The notes beneath the pieces are model-generated. The model did not search any database and was not told where the DNA came from. It saw only the letters and a program-made list of their open reading frames with translations. 64,000 nt of DNA from Nitrosopumilaceae archaeon (GTDB lineage: Archaea; Thermoproteota; Nitrososphaeria; Nitrososphaerales; Nitrosopumilaceae): positions 1,376,001 to 1,440,000 of the forward strand of contig OZ242274.1 in assembly GCA_965207375.1 (NCBI GenBank). The letters run 5' to 3'. Positions within the stretch are counted from its first letter, which is position 1, and each line of letters opens with the position of its first letter. Shown piece by piece: positions 52,551 to 62,548 of the stretch. Both the position numbers and the translations under genes were made by a program.

Positions 52551-53826
52551 CAGTACTTCCGATTATAGATCACAGGTCACTATTTAGACAATATTTTTTG
52601 ACATACAGATCCAAATAACGGAATAATCCTACCCATCTTAACCTTGAGAGAAAAAGATGGGCAAGATATCCCAATAAAATCAGGAACACGAGGGTTTAAA
52701 GTATTTCAATCTGCACTAGGCAGGCTGCCCATTTCGTTTGGAACAGGAAACAACACGAGGTATGGACTCTCAAACGCAGTCAACATGCTACAGGTCATGT
52801 CAGTATACGGCGTGGCTGCCAACAGTGCACACCAATACGCTCCTTCAGGAATAGATATTCCAGGCGGAGACTGGCTTGTACAAAAGATAACCCCAATCGA
52901 TCATGACGACATGATAAAACATGGAGAAAAGATGATACACGATACTGTTGATGTACGCCAAATGAAGCTGGACCGCAGAAACGGCAACAACCAGACGCGC
53001 GTTGCAGCAATAGACAAACACAAGATCCCACACTATGACAAAGACCCTGACATGACAGATATGGTATACTCAAAGCATCATGCAGGAACATACGTCTTTG
53101 AAGCATACATGACTGCCAAGATGGTCTCAGGTGCAAAAGAATTTCATCTTGCAATGGTTCCAGTAACTCGGAACAAGTTTAACCCTGAATTCGTGCGTAA
53201 AACCATACAAAAATGCGATGATTTAGGTGCTGATGTGAACATATACTTGTTGGACCGTGAGTTTTATGCATCTGATGTTATGGATACAATACAGAATCTC
53301 AAAAAACATTTCATAATGCCTGCAGTAAAGAATGCGGGAATCAAAAAGGCAATATTTCAATATGCCCAAGGAAAGCGCGATGCAATATCACAGTATACCT
53401 TTGATAATGGATTTGAATTTAATTTGATCATAGTACCAAATCCCAAAAAACCTGATGCAAAAAATATCTTTGAGAGATATCATGTGTTTGCAACATCATT
53501 GCCGTGTACAGATTCTGATGACATGTTGAAATACATTCCTAAAGCATACAAAACGAGGTGGGGGATTGAGACTGGATATAAACAGGCAAAATCTATACGT
53601 CCATACACCACAAGCAAGAATTCCTCAATGCGGATGTTGATGTTTGTTGTATCTGTAATCCTATCTAACATATGGATAGATTCGCGGATAGAGGTTGCCC
53701 ATCAGACATACAATATTACACTTGTAGCCTTTGTAATGCAGATGGCTCATGCATATTTTGAGTGTCACTCAACTTGGCCGCCCCCCAATAAATCGGCATA
53801 GTCTGGATTTAAAATCGGAAGTACTG
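52551..53826 (+). mobile_element. ISH3-like (IS4 superfamily) element
   Basis: 14-bp perfect TIR CAGTACTTCCGATT; 6-bp TSD AAGTTT (52545-52550, 53827-53832). Confidence 0.93.
52644..53801 (+). CDS. ISH3-like transposase
   Basis: AIDKH, LLDREFY, YKTRWGIETGYK. Confidence 0.9.
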   Translation: MREKDGQDIPIKSGTRGFKVFQSALGRLPISFGTGNNTRYGLSNAVNMLQVMSVYGVAANSAHQYAPSGIDIPGGDWLVQKITPIDHDDMIKHGEKMIHDTVDVRQMKLDRRNGNNQTRVAAIDKHKIPHYDKDPDMTDMVYSKHHAGTYVFEAYMTAKMVSGAKEFHLAMVPVTRNKFNPEFVRKTIQKCDDLGADVNIYLLDREFYASDVMDTIQNLKKHFIMPAVKNAGIKKAIFQYAQGKRDAISQYTFDNGFEFNLIIVPNPKKPDAKNIFERYHVFATSLPCTDSDDMLKYIPKAYKTRWGIETGYKQAKSIRPYTTSKNSSMRMLMFVVSVILSNIWIDSRIEVAHQTYNITLVAFVMQMAHAYFECHSTWPPPNKSA

Positions 53827-54477
53827 AAGTTTATACTCATCATGCTAGATTGGCAGCAGATCAAATGTTTCTTAAAGCATTAACAATTGCAATTTATGAC
53901 GAAAAAATCTTTGACAAAGATTTGTTAAGATTTAATCCAGAAAAAAATAATCCTGAATTTCTAGAATTTTATACATCTCTTGATGACTATTCAATATACA
54001 ACAAAATCATACATCACGAAAATGCAAAAACATCAAAATTAATCCTAAATAATATCAAAAAAAGAAAACTATTGAAACGTGCTTGTGAATTTACTCCTAA
54101 AAATCTAGAAAATGCCGCAGATGTTAATAACATATTAATGAAAATGAAACCACAAGATTTTGACAATGCTGCACTTGAGAGTAGCAATTCTCTTGGTTTA
54201 GAATCTCATGAAGTGCTTTTCTTTAAATCTACTATAAAGAATAAACTATACAAAGAAAGAGAAATTCTTTTTAGAGTTGATGATGACGTTTATGATCTTG
54301 ATGCATTCTCTCCAATATCTGGAACAGATGTGGATAAATTTCTGATCTATGGTCCTAGAGATAAAGAAATTAGGAAAAAAATAGTCAAACAAATATCTGA
54401 AAGATTTGGCATTGACCTTTTAAAAAGAGTCCAAATTCAATAATTATTCTTATGATGAAAAACAATATTTGTTCATA

Positions 54478-55201
54478 CAGTTATTGGTGAGGACCCAGTC
54501 AGAATAGGAACACTTGTTTTCATACATCTTAAGTCAGATAACTGGAGAAATACACTATGAACAGTAGATGGAAATTCACCCCTAACCTGCGCCACCTGCA
54601 TCGTACGGCATTCTGACAATTCTGATATATTGTACAGCACACACCATAACTGCACCGATCATCTGTCTCATTGTAATGTTTGAATGTGTGACCTCATCAT
54701 GTCTAGTCCATGCCCACATGTTGCGCATGAAAACGCAAATAAAAAACAGAAAAATCCGAAACAGATGATTGCGACTAGTTCTAGGTCTGAATTGTTCTAG
54801 ATGTCTGTAACCTGTCTCTATTCCCCACCTACGACGATACGCCTTTGGCAGTATCTCAATTTCTTTGATGGCACGAACATGTGATAAATTGGTGGCAAAG
54901 ACTATTCAATTATTTTAGCATCAGGATCATTATACTTTTTGGATTTTCTGATAACTAGTGTAAAGGTGAATTCTTGTCCATCTTTATTTTTCATAGTATG
55001 AGACGATACTGCATCTGCTTTTCCTTCGTGGAATTTTATAATGCTATTTTTGATTATGGCGTTTTTTACTGCTGGCATAAGAAACGTATGAAGATTTTCG
55101 TACAGTGATTCCATGACCTCTACTGAGAAAAATTCTCTATCTAGCAGCAAAAGGCGTGGATGAATCTTGTATTTTTGTAGACTTTTGGCAAATCTACGCA
55201 C
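54478..55201 (-). pseudogene. ISH3-like transposase C-terminal remnant
   Basis: LLLDREFFS, then a stop, then YRRRWGIETGYR; putative end CAGTTATTGG at 54478. Confidence 0.8.
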
Positions 55202-55773
55202 GGAATTCGATATATATCTTTGATTTTTGTATCTATATTCGTTAAAATCTGCATCTTGTGAATGGTATTTGTAAATTTCTGCCGTGCAAAAGTTGATTAT
55301 ACATTAGGTTCAAAATTAATCATTAGGTTACTTTGGTACAGGATAGTCAAATGATTAGCCCAACTTTGTTTTTTTAAAAACAGATTTTTTTCAAACTTGC
55401 AAAGAATGATTTCTTCATTATACTGTATGTCATTAGGATATATAAATACAAGAGTTGTTTTGTCATACTTTTTGGTACGTTAATTTCCTAAATGATATCT
55501 TTTGGATATGTCTAGAGTTTTTTCTAATATTCCCAATGCCATTTTTGTGGCATTGGCTTTTTTCAAAATGATACAATTGATTGTACGATAGAAAAACAAA
55601 AATATTTTCTACATGTCTTGGTTAAAATGGTTTAATTTTGTAAGAATCAAAACAAATTTTAAAAGTTAATTGCATTTTTTTATTTGGGGTAAATTAAATA
55701 ATGCAAGTAAATTCAAATACAATTATTAATTTGCTATACTACTAATAAACAAGTCCTGTAGAGAATATGCAAC

Positions 55774-56520
55774 ATGAGAGTAGTTGCAGCAGTTGCATGT
55801 GAACACAAAAACGAACTTGTAAAATCAGACGGTGAATTAATTTGCCCTGATTGTGGTGTGGTAATTGTTGATAAAGAAACAGTACAGAATCAGGAAATGG
55901 AAGTACGTGCAAATAGCAAGACCACTTTATACAACAGACATAAGGTTGGCACAAGGGAACTAGTACCAAAAAACAAATCAACAGAAGGTGTAAGGAGATT
56001 TCTAAAAGGTGGAATAACAAATGGGAAAATTGCAAGAAACGACCAGTTGCTTTCAACGCTATCAAAATGCTGTAATAAATTAGGAATGAGTGAAGCAGAA
56101 AGTGAATATGTTAGAAAGCTGTACAAACGTGGCTCTGATTATACAAAAAAGAAAGATAGCCCATATGTTGCAATGTGGGCCATATACAAGTCATCTAAAA
56201 GACATTCTATACCTATACCGTCTACCAAAATACAAAGAACTGTAATTGAGGAATGGGGACGTGGTCACACCATACACATGACACACCTCCTTTGGAAAAT
56301 GATGGGTGTGCCTTTAGATTTTGATGAAACAAGTGATGAAAGATACAATTTCAGACTATATTTGAACAAAATTCTCAAAGGTAAAAAATTCAAAAAGCAT
56401 GATTATGCCATAATGGAAAGAAACGCCTGGGAGCTATACAAAAATACCTACGTGATAGGTACGAATCCGGCGCGTGCAAAAAGGGCGATCAGTGATGCAT
56501 TCAGGGTGAGGGGCGTATGA
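55774..56520 (+). CDS. Divergent TFB/TFIIB-like transcription factor
   Basis: Zn ribbon CEH...GELICPDCGVV; cyclin-fold-like CNKLGMS...LYKR...AIYKSSKRHSIP. Confidence 0.72.
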   Translation: MRVVAAVACEHKNELVKSDGELICPDCGVVIVDKETVQNQEMEVRANSKTTLYNRHKVGTRELVPKNKSTEGVRRFLKGGITNGKIARNDQLLSTLSKCCNKLGMSEAESEYVRKLYKRGSDYTKKKDSPYVAMWAIYKSSKRHSIPIPSTKIQRTVIEEWGRGHTIHMTHLLWKMMGVPLDFDETSDERYNFRLYLNKILKGKKFKKHDYAIMERNAWELYKNTYVIGTNPARAKRAISDAFRVRGV

Positions 56521-57581
56521 GTAAATCATTATCTAGTATGGCAGTATCAAAAATAAACGACCCACTGTATAGACTTACAATTACATCAAAAAAATATGTG
56601 GAATCAGTATGTAAACAAATAAAATCAGGACACATCAATGAAATACCTAATCTTATAGTTGCTGAACTAAAAGGCCAATATTATCCAATAGGAAATTTAT
56701 CAACACTTGATGCAGCACGTATTGCCAATACAAAAACACTAGTCTGTATAATCAAAAAGGCAAAAAGTAAACAAAACGTGATTGAAATGCAAATTATTAA
56801 TTCAAAAAATGAAACATACAATCCCATTGCCATGATTCGACTTGTAAAACAAATAAAAGCAACTGACAACAAAATATCTTCTGTCGTCATTCCTAAGATA
56901 TTTCTCAAACCCTGTAATCTTGAAGAGCCAGTTGAGAAAAAATTTGAACAGTTTATAGAAAATATTACAGCTACAGAATTTACAATTCCAAACATTACTC
57001 ATGTTATGTTTAGCGTATCACGTGTAAAAAAATCAAGACAACTTGATGCGTTGAATCGTGTCACGCACTATTCCAAAAATGGTGAACACTATTCGCCTCC
57101 TGACAACAAAACCCTAGTCGCCATAATGAGTGATTTTGAAAAAGAAGGAGATGAAAAACTTACTTCACATGACTATGTAGAATTTCCAGATGATGAGGAA
57201 TATGAAGAGACTCATAAAAAGGAATATGGTGAGACCAAGATGGATGTAAAATCTACAGGAAAGGATCTTGGTACATGTTTTCCAGCAGTTGGAAACATGA
57301 TAAGTCATGATTGTAAATGTGGAAGAAGATACAATATTAATTTGAAAAACGGTACGATAAAGGAGCTAGTTGACAAGGGTTCAAACATTGCTATAATAGA
57401 TACAGAAGTTGGTATGGTCTATCCACTAGGTGACAAAGAGGCAGAATATTTATCACTTGATATGTCACCTGTAATAAACTCGTACTGTATAGGTTCCAAG
57501 GACATGGGTGATTTTGTTCTGTTATCAAAACGAAAACTGACAAAAAAGATAGTTGATAAAATTCACAAGGTGATACGTTGA
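56517..57581 (+). CDS. Hypothetical protein with possible degenerate ParB/Srx N-terminus and C-terminal Zn ribbon
   Basis: QIKSGHINEIPNLIV...YYPIGN...LDAARIA; HDCKCG. Confidence 0.5.
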   Translation: MSKSLSSMAVSKINDPLYRLTITSKKYVESVCKQIKSGHINEIPNLIVAELKGQYYPIGNLSTLDAARIANTKTLVCIIKKAKSKQNVIEMQIINSKNETYNPIAMIRLVKQIKATDNKISSVVIPKIFLKPCNLEEPVEKKFEQFIENITATEFTIPNITHVMFSVSRVKKSRQLDALNRVTHYSKNGEHYSPPDNKTLVAIMSDFEKEGDEKLTSHDYVEFPDDEEYEETHKKEYGETKMDVKSTGKDLGTCFPAVGNMISHDCKCGRRYNINLKNGTIKELVDKGSNIAIIDTEVGMVYPLGDKEAEYLSLDMSPVINSYCIGSKDMGDFVLLSKRKLTKKIVDKIHKVIR

Positions 57582-58147
57582 AAGGGGTAAATTTGTGCAA
57601 ACCTAGTCCCAAATTTGCTAATTTGGGATATGATTGGTTAGATTGTAGGCTTGTTAAAGACAGCACATCATACTGTGCACTTTATATTTTAGGTGACAGG
57701 AAACTAGCAATTAAAAATTTTAAAAAACTAACAGTCAAAAAGTATCAAAAAGATCCTATTCCCTCATGGTTTAGTCGCATGATACAAAATAAACTAGTCA
57801 AAATCAAAAACAATAAGGTATCTGTAACTACAAAGGGTCACATATTGTATTCTGCCTGTGAACTTGACCTTCCGATAAATGCCTTTTTGATTTTGTCCCT
57901 AGTGTATATGAAAGTGCTCACCTTTGGAAAATATTACAAGTCAGGTGTGGATTTTGTAAATTTTTACAAACTGTCTAATTTTAATTATCATTTATTTGAA
58001 TATAATTTTAAAAAACTCTCAAATAAGAAAATCATCGTACCATACGATCCAAAACACAAGCTAAGATGGACAATTGCAGACATGGTTACCATCAAAAAAT
58101 ACCATAAAGTGCTAGTCGGAATCTACACATACATGGTAAACGCATGA
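57578..58147 (+). CDS. Basic hypothetical protein, possible winged helix
   Basis: MIQNKLVK...VSVTTKG; in operon. Confidence 0.55.
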   Translation: MKGVNLCKPSPKFANLGYDWLDCRLVKDSTSYCALYILGDRKLAIKNFKKLTVKKYQKDPIPSWFSRMIQNKLVKIKNNKVSVTTKGHILYSACELDLPINAFLILSLVYMKVLTFGKYYKSGVDFVNFYKLSNFNYHLFEYNFKKLSNKKIIVPYDPKHKLRWTIADMVTIKKYHKVLVGIYTYMVNA

Positions 58148-58815
58148 TGAACGAATATCTTTCCTTTGCAGTAACTGTCATCATGCTTGCTCCAATGGCA
58201 TGGAGTGATCTCCGTGAACGAACCGTCATGAACGACATTTTGGCAGTATCTGTTTGTATATCTGCATGCTTTTTTGTGTATACCATACTTGTAGAGTGGT
58301 CCCTTGCAGACATGTCAGTTTTAATTGCAATAGTTATGGGAGGTATCATAACTGGAACCATGTTTGTCATGTATCGTCTTGGTCTGATGGGTCTTGCTGA
58401 TGTTGCAGTTTGTGCAGTTATTACACTAATGCTTCCGGTCCTGTATAATTTTCCACTAGCCATTACAATTATAATTTTAGGATATGGTATCGGCATAGGG
58501 TACACTGTCTGTATAAATGCTAAATGCAATATAGCAGACATGTACCACAAAAGACCCTTTGATAGTTCCATAATTTTGTATCATAAAAAGCGCAAGGGGG
58601 AAAAATTCTGTATTCAGGGACATGTCTCCATAGGAAAGGTAGATGATTCTGGAAAAATACTTGCACGTGACGGTACTAGCTTGTTTGTATGTGAGGGGGA
58701 ATCTGGTCAAAGAGTTACTGTTGCCATACCAATGATTTTTATGTTTTTGATAGCAACTGTTGCCTTATTTTGTCTGGTACAGTCCGGTATTATTCTAGGC
58801 GGATTGTTTTTCTAG
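58144..58815 (+). CDS. Prepilin peptidase (A24, PibD/FlaK-like)
   Basis: AWSDLRERTV and MGLADV catalytic Asp motifs, polytopic, C-terminal IPMI. Confidence 0.8.
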   Translation: MMNEYLSFAVTVIMLAPMAWSDLRERTVMNDILAVSVCISACFFVYTILVEWSLADMSVLIAIVMGGIITGTMFVMYRLGLMGLADVAVCAVITLMLPVLYNFPLAITIIILGYGIGIGYTVCINAKCNIADMYHKRPFDSSIILYHKKRKGEKFCIQGHVSIGKVDDSGKILARDGTSLFVCEGESGQRVTVAIPMIFMFLIATVALFCLVQSGIILGGLFF

Positions 58816-59211
58816 TTTTGATATGTTCGAAAATCCATATTTTCATTATTTTCACAAAAATTAGGAATATGCAAGTTCATTGATGATTTTATTTATAGGC
58901 GGATATAACATGCCTAAGATACCACAAAGATATTTTGAGACAAATGTACTATGAATAGGGCAAATCAATACATGAAATAGCCACAAGATATTTTGGTTAT
59001 TTCATTACTATGAAAATTAAGATGTGATATTGAGATAAAACAGCGCAAGATAGCCATATCTCAAGCATCATGTCATCTAGAGTTTTAGGTGATACTAGAT
59101 GGCCACGCCTTGATTCTGAAGGATTGTATGGTTTTTGTCTTGCATGGTCTTGGCTGCAATCACAAAACAAAGACATTGATTTTGATTAGGTTTGGTAAGT
59201 TTAAAAATTTG

Positions 59212-61272
59212 TTAATTACTTTCTAATTGCTTCAAAATCTCTGCAATCTTTGGCCATAGTGGACTAGAGTATTTCTTGCTATTTGCTTCAGCTTCTGCTG
59301 CAGTCGTTGGATTATCATGTTGTATCACCCCAAATGCTGCTAGTACCTTATTCCATCTGTCAACGTGATCATGACCGTGATGTGTCATAGATGCCATGTA
59401 CTTTACATCCTCAATTAGTTCTGGGTCTATTGCAGGTGTTGGTTCAGGTTCTGGCTCAATTTGTGGTATGTCTTGTATTGTATCTGGTATTGAATCTGGT
59501 ATTGAATCTGGTATTGAATCTGGTATAGGCTGCGGTTCTGTTGGTTCTGCGTTAATACCTGTAGGTGTATCTGATTCTAACTCGCTTAATGCTGTTGCAA
59601 TTCTTGACCATAATGGGCCTCCGTATGTATCCGCATTGACTTGAGCCTCTGTAGCAGTCATTTTACCTTGATCCAAATGTCCAAATGCTGCTAATACCTT
59701 ATTCCAAGTCTCATGATCATTAGGGCCATTTGATATTGATTTACCGTGTTCTAATAGAGATTTTGTATATCTTACTTCATTGAGTAAAGGTGTATCAACA
59801 TAACCTGGTACAGCAATTAATGGCTCTGGTGTTATCTCGTTACTCAAGTTACGGTCATATTTTGCAGATGCAGTATCATGAGTGCTGCCGCCTGTTCTTG
59901 GAATCTGACGCTCTAGAAATTCAAAATATTCTGCCCTTATATCATCAGTGCATGTTATTATTGTTTTAGATGTAGTAGCACACCGTTCAGCACCGGTTGG
60001 ATCAATCATGCCGTTGTGAAATATTGAAGTTTGAGTATGTATTGGATAGACAAAGGCATCTGAACTACCAAACGTTGGAATGTTTATCCAGTCATAGTTT
60101 ACAGCAAATCCGATTGTACCAACACGTCCAGCAAAACCAAGATCGGCAAGTCCCTCAGTTACAAATTCATTTGCAAGTTGTCTTGCTTTAGATGGACTGG
60201 CTCCCTCTGGAATTGCAATTGCATTGCTTATACTGTCTGCAATTGCATTGCTTATCTCCTCTGTGTAATGAGTTTTTGTAAAATGCAAACCTTCCATGCT
60301 ATTTTTTACACGTTCTTTAATTTTAGGCTGTATGTTATTTTGGTGATCCTGGTCAGAATTGGCAAAGTTACCTCGAAGTTCATTATATACGAGACTCACA
60401 AGAGTGGGTTTTGAAATATCTGCTATAGTCTGAGGATTTACGAGTTTTGCATTTGAACCGACTACAGTAGCATAACTCCCACCACTGGGGTATGTTTTGT
60501 CATAGTTGACCAAAGTTCCATGTTCATTCCATGTTATAGTCAAGTCTTTACCATCTGGAAATATTTCATAATAACTCTTTTGGATTCCGTTATCATGCCA
60601 TGTAGTTTTATTTTGAGGTAATAGGAAATTACCGTTTTCATCTGTTCTTGTGGTGTTTTCTGCCTTCAAGTCACGTTTGATAACTTCTGTTGCAATGTTT
60701 CCGCCCTCTTTGAATTTTATTTCACTTGTAGATTTACCATCCTCAAGATTGATTATTTCTTTGAGTGTGCCATCTTCATGATGTTCTAGTTTCATAAACA
60801 CGCCTTGATTTGGGTTACTGTTAGGATCATCTTCATCTGAAACACCTAGAATGCTTTTTGCCTCATATAGAATAGATTCTTTTAGAGTGCCATTATGATG
60901 GAAAATGTCAATTCTTTCTATTCCGTCATGGTAATTTTGGCCAGGTGGTACAGTGTATGTGTCTGTAGCTCTGCTATATTGTACGCGTGTAGCAGTATCA
61001 AACTGTAATTGATTGTCATAATAGTTAATGCATGTGTAGGTTATACCATCAGAGTCGGTATAAACACCCAATTGGCCACGTTGTCCTCCTACCATATCCA
61101 AGAAAGTGAAACGTACTGTACCGTCTGGGTTGTAAATTGATCTTGGGACTATTTCCGCTCCAAACTGCGCCATCACTTTGTCACTTTTACATAACCATTC
61201 ATCATCAGTTGGAGAATGGGCCTCTGCAAAGTCTGGTGTAAATAGTAATAACAATCCTGCGGCAGATACCAT
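59212..61272 (-). CDS. Secreted protein with MORN-like stretches and two WNKVLAAFG modules
   Basis: Signal ...AEA; HHNGTLKE/HEDGTLKE/HDNGIQK; C-terminal module nearly identical to that of 49008-51023; (PDSI)n linker. Confidence 0.8.
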   Translation of the reverse strand: MVSAAGLLLLFTPDFAEAHSPTDDEWLCKSDKVMAQFGAEIVPRSIYNPDGTVRFTFLDMVGGQRGQLGVYTDSDGITYTCINYYDNQLQFDTATRVQYSRATDTYTVPPGQNYHDGIERIDIFHHNGTLKESILYEAKSILGVSDEDDPNSNPNQGVFMKLEHHEDGTLKEIINLEDGKSTSEIKFKEGGNIATEVIKRDLKAENTTRTDENGNFLLPQNKTTWHDNGIQKSYYEIFPDGKDLTITWNEHGTLVNYDKTYPSGGSYATVVGSNAKLVNPQTIADISKPTLVSLVYNELRGNFANSDQDHQNNIQPKIKERVKNSMEGLHFTKTHYTEEISNAIADSISNAIAIPEGASPSKARQLANEFVTEGLADLGFAGRVGTIGFAVNYDWINIPTFGSSDAFVYPIHTQTSIFHNGMIDPTGAERCATTSKTIITCTDDIRAEYFEFLERQIPRTGGSTHDTASAKYDRNLSNEITPEPLIAVPGYVDTPLLNEVRYTKSLLEHGKSISNGPNDHETWNKVLAAFGHLDQGKMTATEAQVNADTYGGPLWSRIATALSELESDTPTGINAEPTEPQPIPDSIPDSIPDSIPDTIQDIPQIEPEPEPTPAIDPELIEDVKYMASMTHHGHDHVDRWNKVLAAFGVIQHDNPTTAAEAEANSKKYSSPLWPKIAEILKQLESN

Positions 61273-61351
61273 GAAAACTATACCGTGTAATGTATGGGGG
61301 GGGGTTCCTAATGTAGCATCTACACGCGGCAGATACCATGAAAACTAGAGA

Positions 61352-61689
61352 TAATGCTTTCACAAAGATTATCAAACAGTACAGATAATTAAGTTATTCT
61401 GTAAAATAACGTAAGATTGTATAACTAATACCTTAGAATTTCTTATATCTGTTAACATTTACAATTTATCTAAAAGTTTTTAGATGATTGTGTGTTATTA
61501 ATAACATCCGCTTCTAGGGAATCGAACCCTAGCAACGACATCTTCTAAGGGCGTGTTGGGTACCAACCAAGCGGTGATTTTATAATAATACAAACGCTAT
61601 TTTAATAATTTTAATTCATAACGAATAACGCTAAAAATCTGTTTTTTAATGGAAAAATTCTATTATGTCTAATATCTCATAGAGTCATG
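61352..61689. repeat. Second copy of the 300-bp non-coding segment
   Basis: Colinear with 23217-23519, with a short insertion. Confidence 0.85.
61507..61574 (-). ncRNA. tRNA-like structured RNA, copy 2
   Basis: CCGCTT GGT-TGGT-ACC CAAC ACGCC CTTAGAA GATGTC GTTG CTAGGG-TTCGATT-CCCTAG AAGCGG A. Confidence 0.8.
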
Positions 61690-61804
61690 GGCCTGTTTTG
61701 ATTTTGCCTGCATAAAATTAAGGCTAGATGTTAAACTCCCTCAATTTTTGGTTATTTTGAAAGTTTCTCGATTAAGGAATTTGTGCGATATTAGGCAAAA
61801 AGTA

Positions 61805-61829
61805 GACCTGATGGGATTTGAACCCGTGA
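61805..61829 (-). repeat. att-like copy of the tRNA(GAA) 3' end, inverted
   Basis: TCACGGGTTCAAATCCCATCAGGTC, 24 of 25 nt match to 31412-31436. Confidence 0.8.
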
Positions 61830-62212
61830 GATTGAAACAAGGATCTTTAACATCTTCTCAAACACACTTGGAACTGCAGGTATACAATTTGGCACAGCAG
61901 ACAATACAAAATACAAACTAGCAAATTTTACAACAATGCTAACTGAAATGAGTCGTTCTCGCATTACTATATAATCAATAGCTGCAGATTTTAAAACTAA
62001 CAAAGATGCACCATGTGGAAAATGGATACGCAACATGATAAATGGCCTGCGTTATGATCAGACAGAGCATGTCTGCAATGAGATGTTACACCAGACAGCA
62101 CGACCTTGCAATAAAAACAATAATTCACAAAACAGACACACTGATTGCAATAGACAAACATCTCATACCAAGATACGACATGGTGAGGACCCAGTCAGAA
62201 TAGGAACACTTG
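61830..62212 (+). pseudogene. ISH3-like transposase N-terminal remnant plus a 32-bp IS-end copy
   Basis: IQFGTADNTKY...LIAIDKHLIPRYD aligns with the 52644 protein; 62181-62212 identical to 54485-54516. Confidence 0.75.
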
Positions 62213-62422
62213 CATTAATACATAATATTAGTACTGGATGGAAAACTCATGGTGTACAAACTTTGGTCGTAAATTTTTCTGACATTAAATTTTCGTGTAT
62301 GTTCAAAAACTATATCATAGAATCAGAGGTGTTCTTAGTATGTAATACACACATCGCAGGCAGGTGTCTGATGTCTGGAACTATACATAATTACTTTCAT
62401 CGCCCTAACTCTACATACCATA

Positions 62423-62470
62423 TTTGCTTAGGTGTATACTTTGTCGACTTTGCAAGGCTCAGGCATGGAT
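62423..62470. repeat. Single copy of the 40-bp array unit plus its leader
   Basis: tttgctta--tgtatactttgtcgactttgcaaggctcaggc-tggat matches 15487-15534. Confidence 0.9.
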
Positions 62471-62548
62471 GTATAGAAAAAGACTCGGATAATTTGTGCA
62501 ATTAATTTTCAAATTTCGTCCTTAAATAGATTTGATTAATTAGACACC

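Larger units (their letters stand above)
51839..54443 (+). pseudogene. HD-domain dNTP triphosphohydrolase-like gene (COG1078/SAMHD1-like) split by ISH3
   Basis: IRDPLYG, HTRFEHSLG, LLHDIGHGPFSH, DADKLDYLRRDS; removing the IS restores ...MYAQVYTHHARLAAD in frame. Confidence 0.92.

Noticed and set aside
62035-62505. 156-aa ORF as a real gene
   Set aside because: A chimera of a transposase remnant, an IS end and the 40-bp repeat unit.
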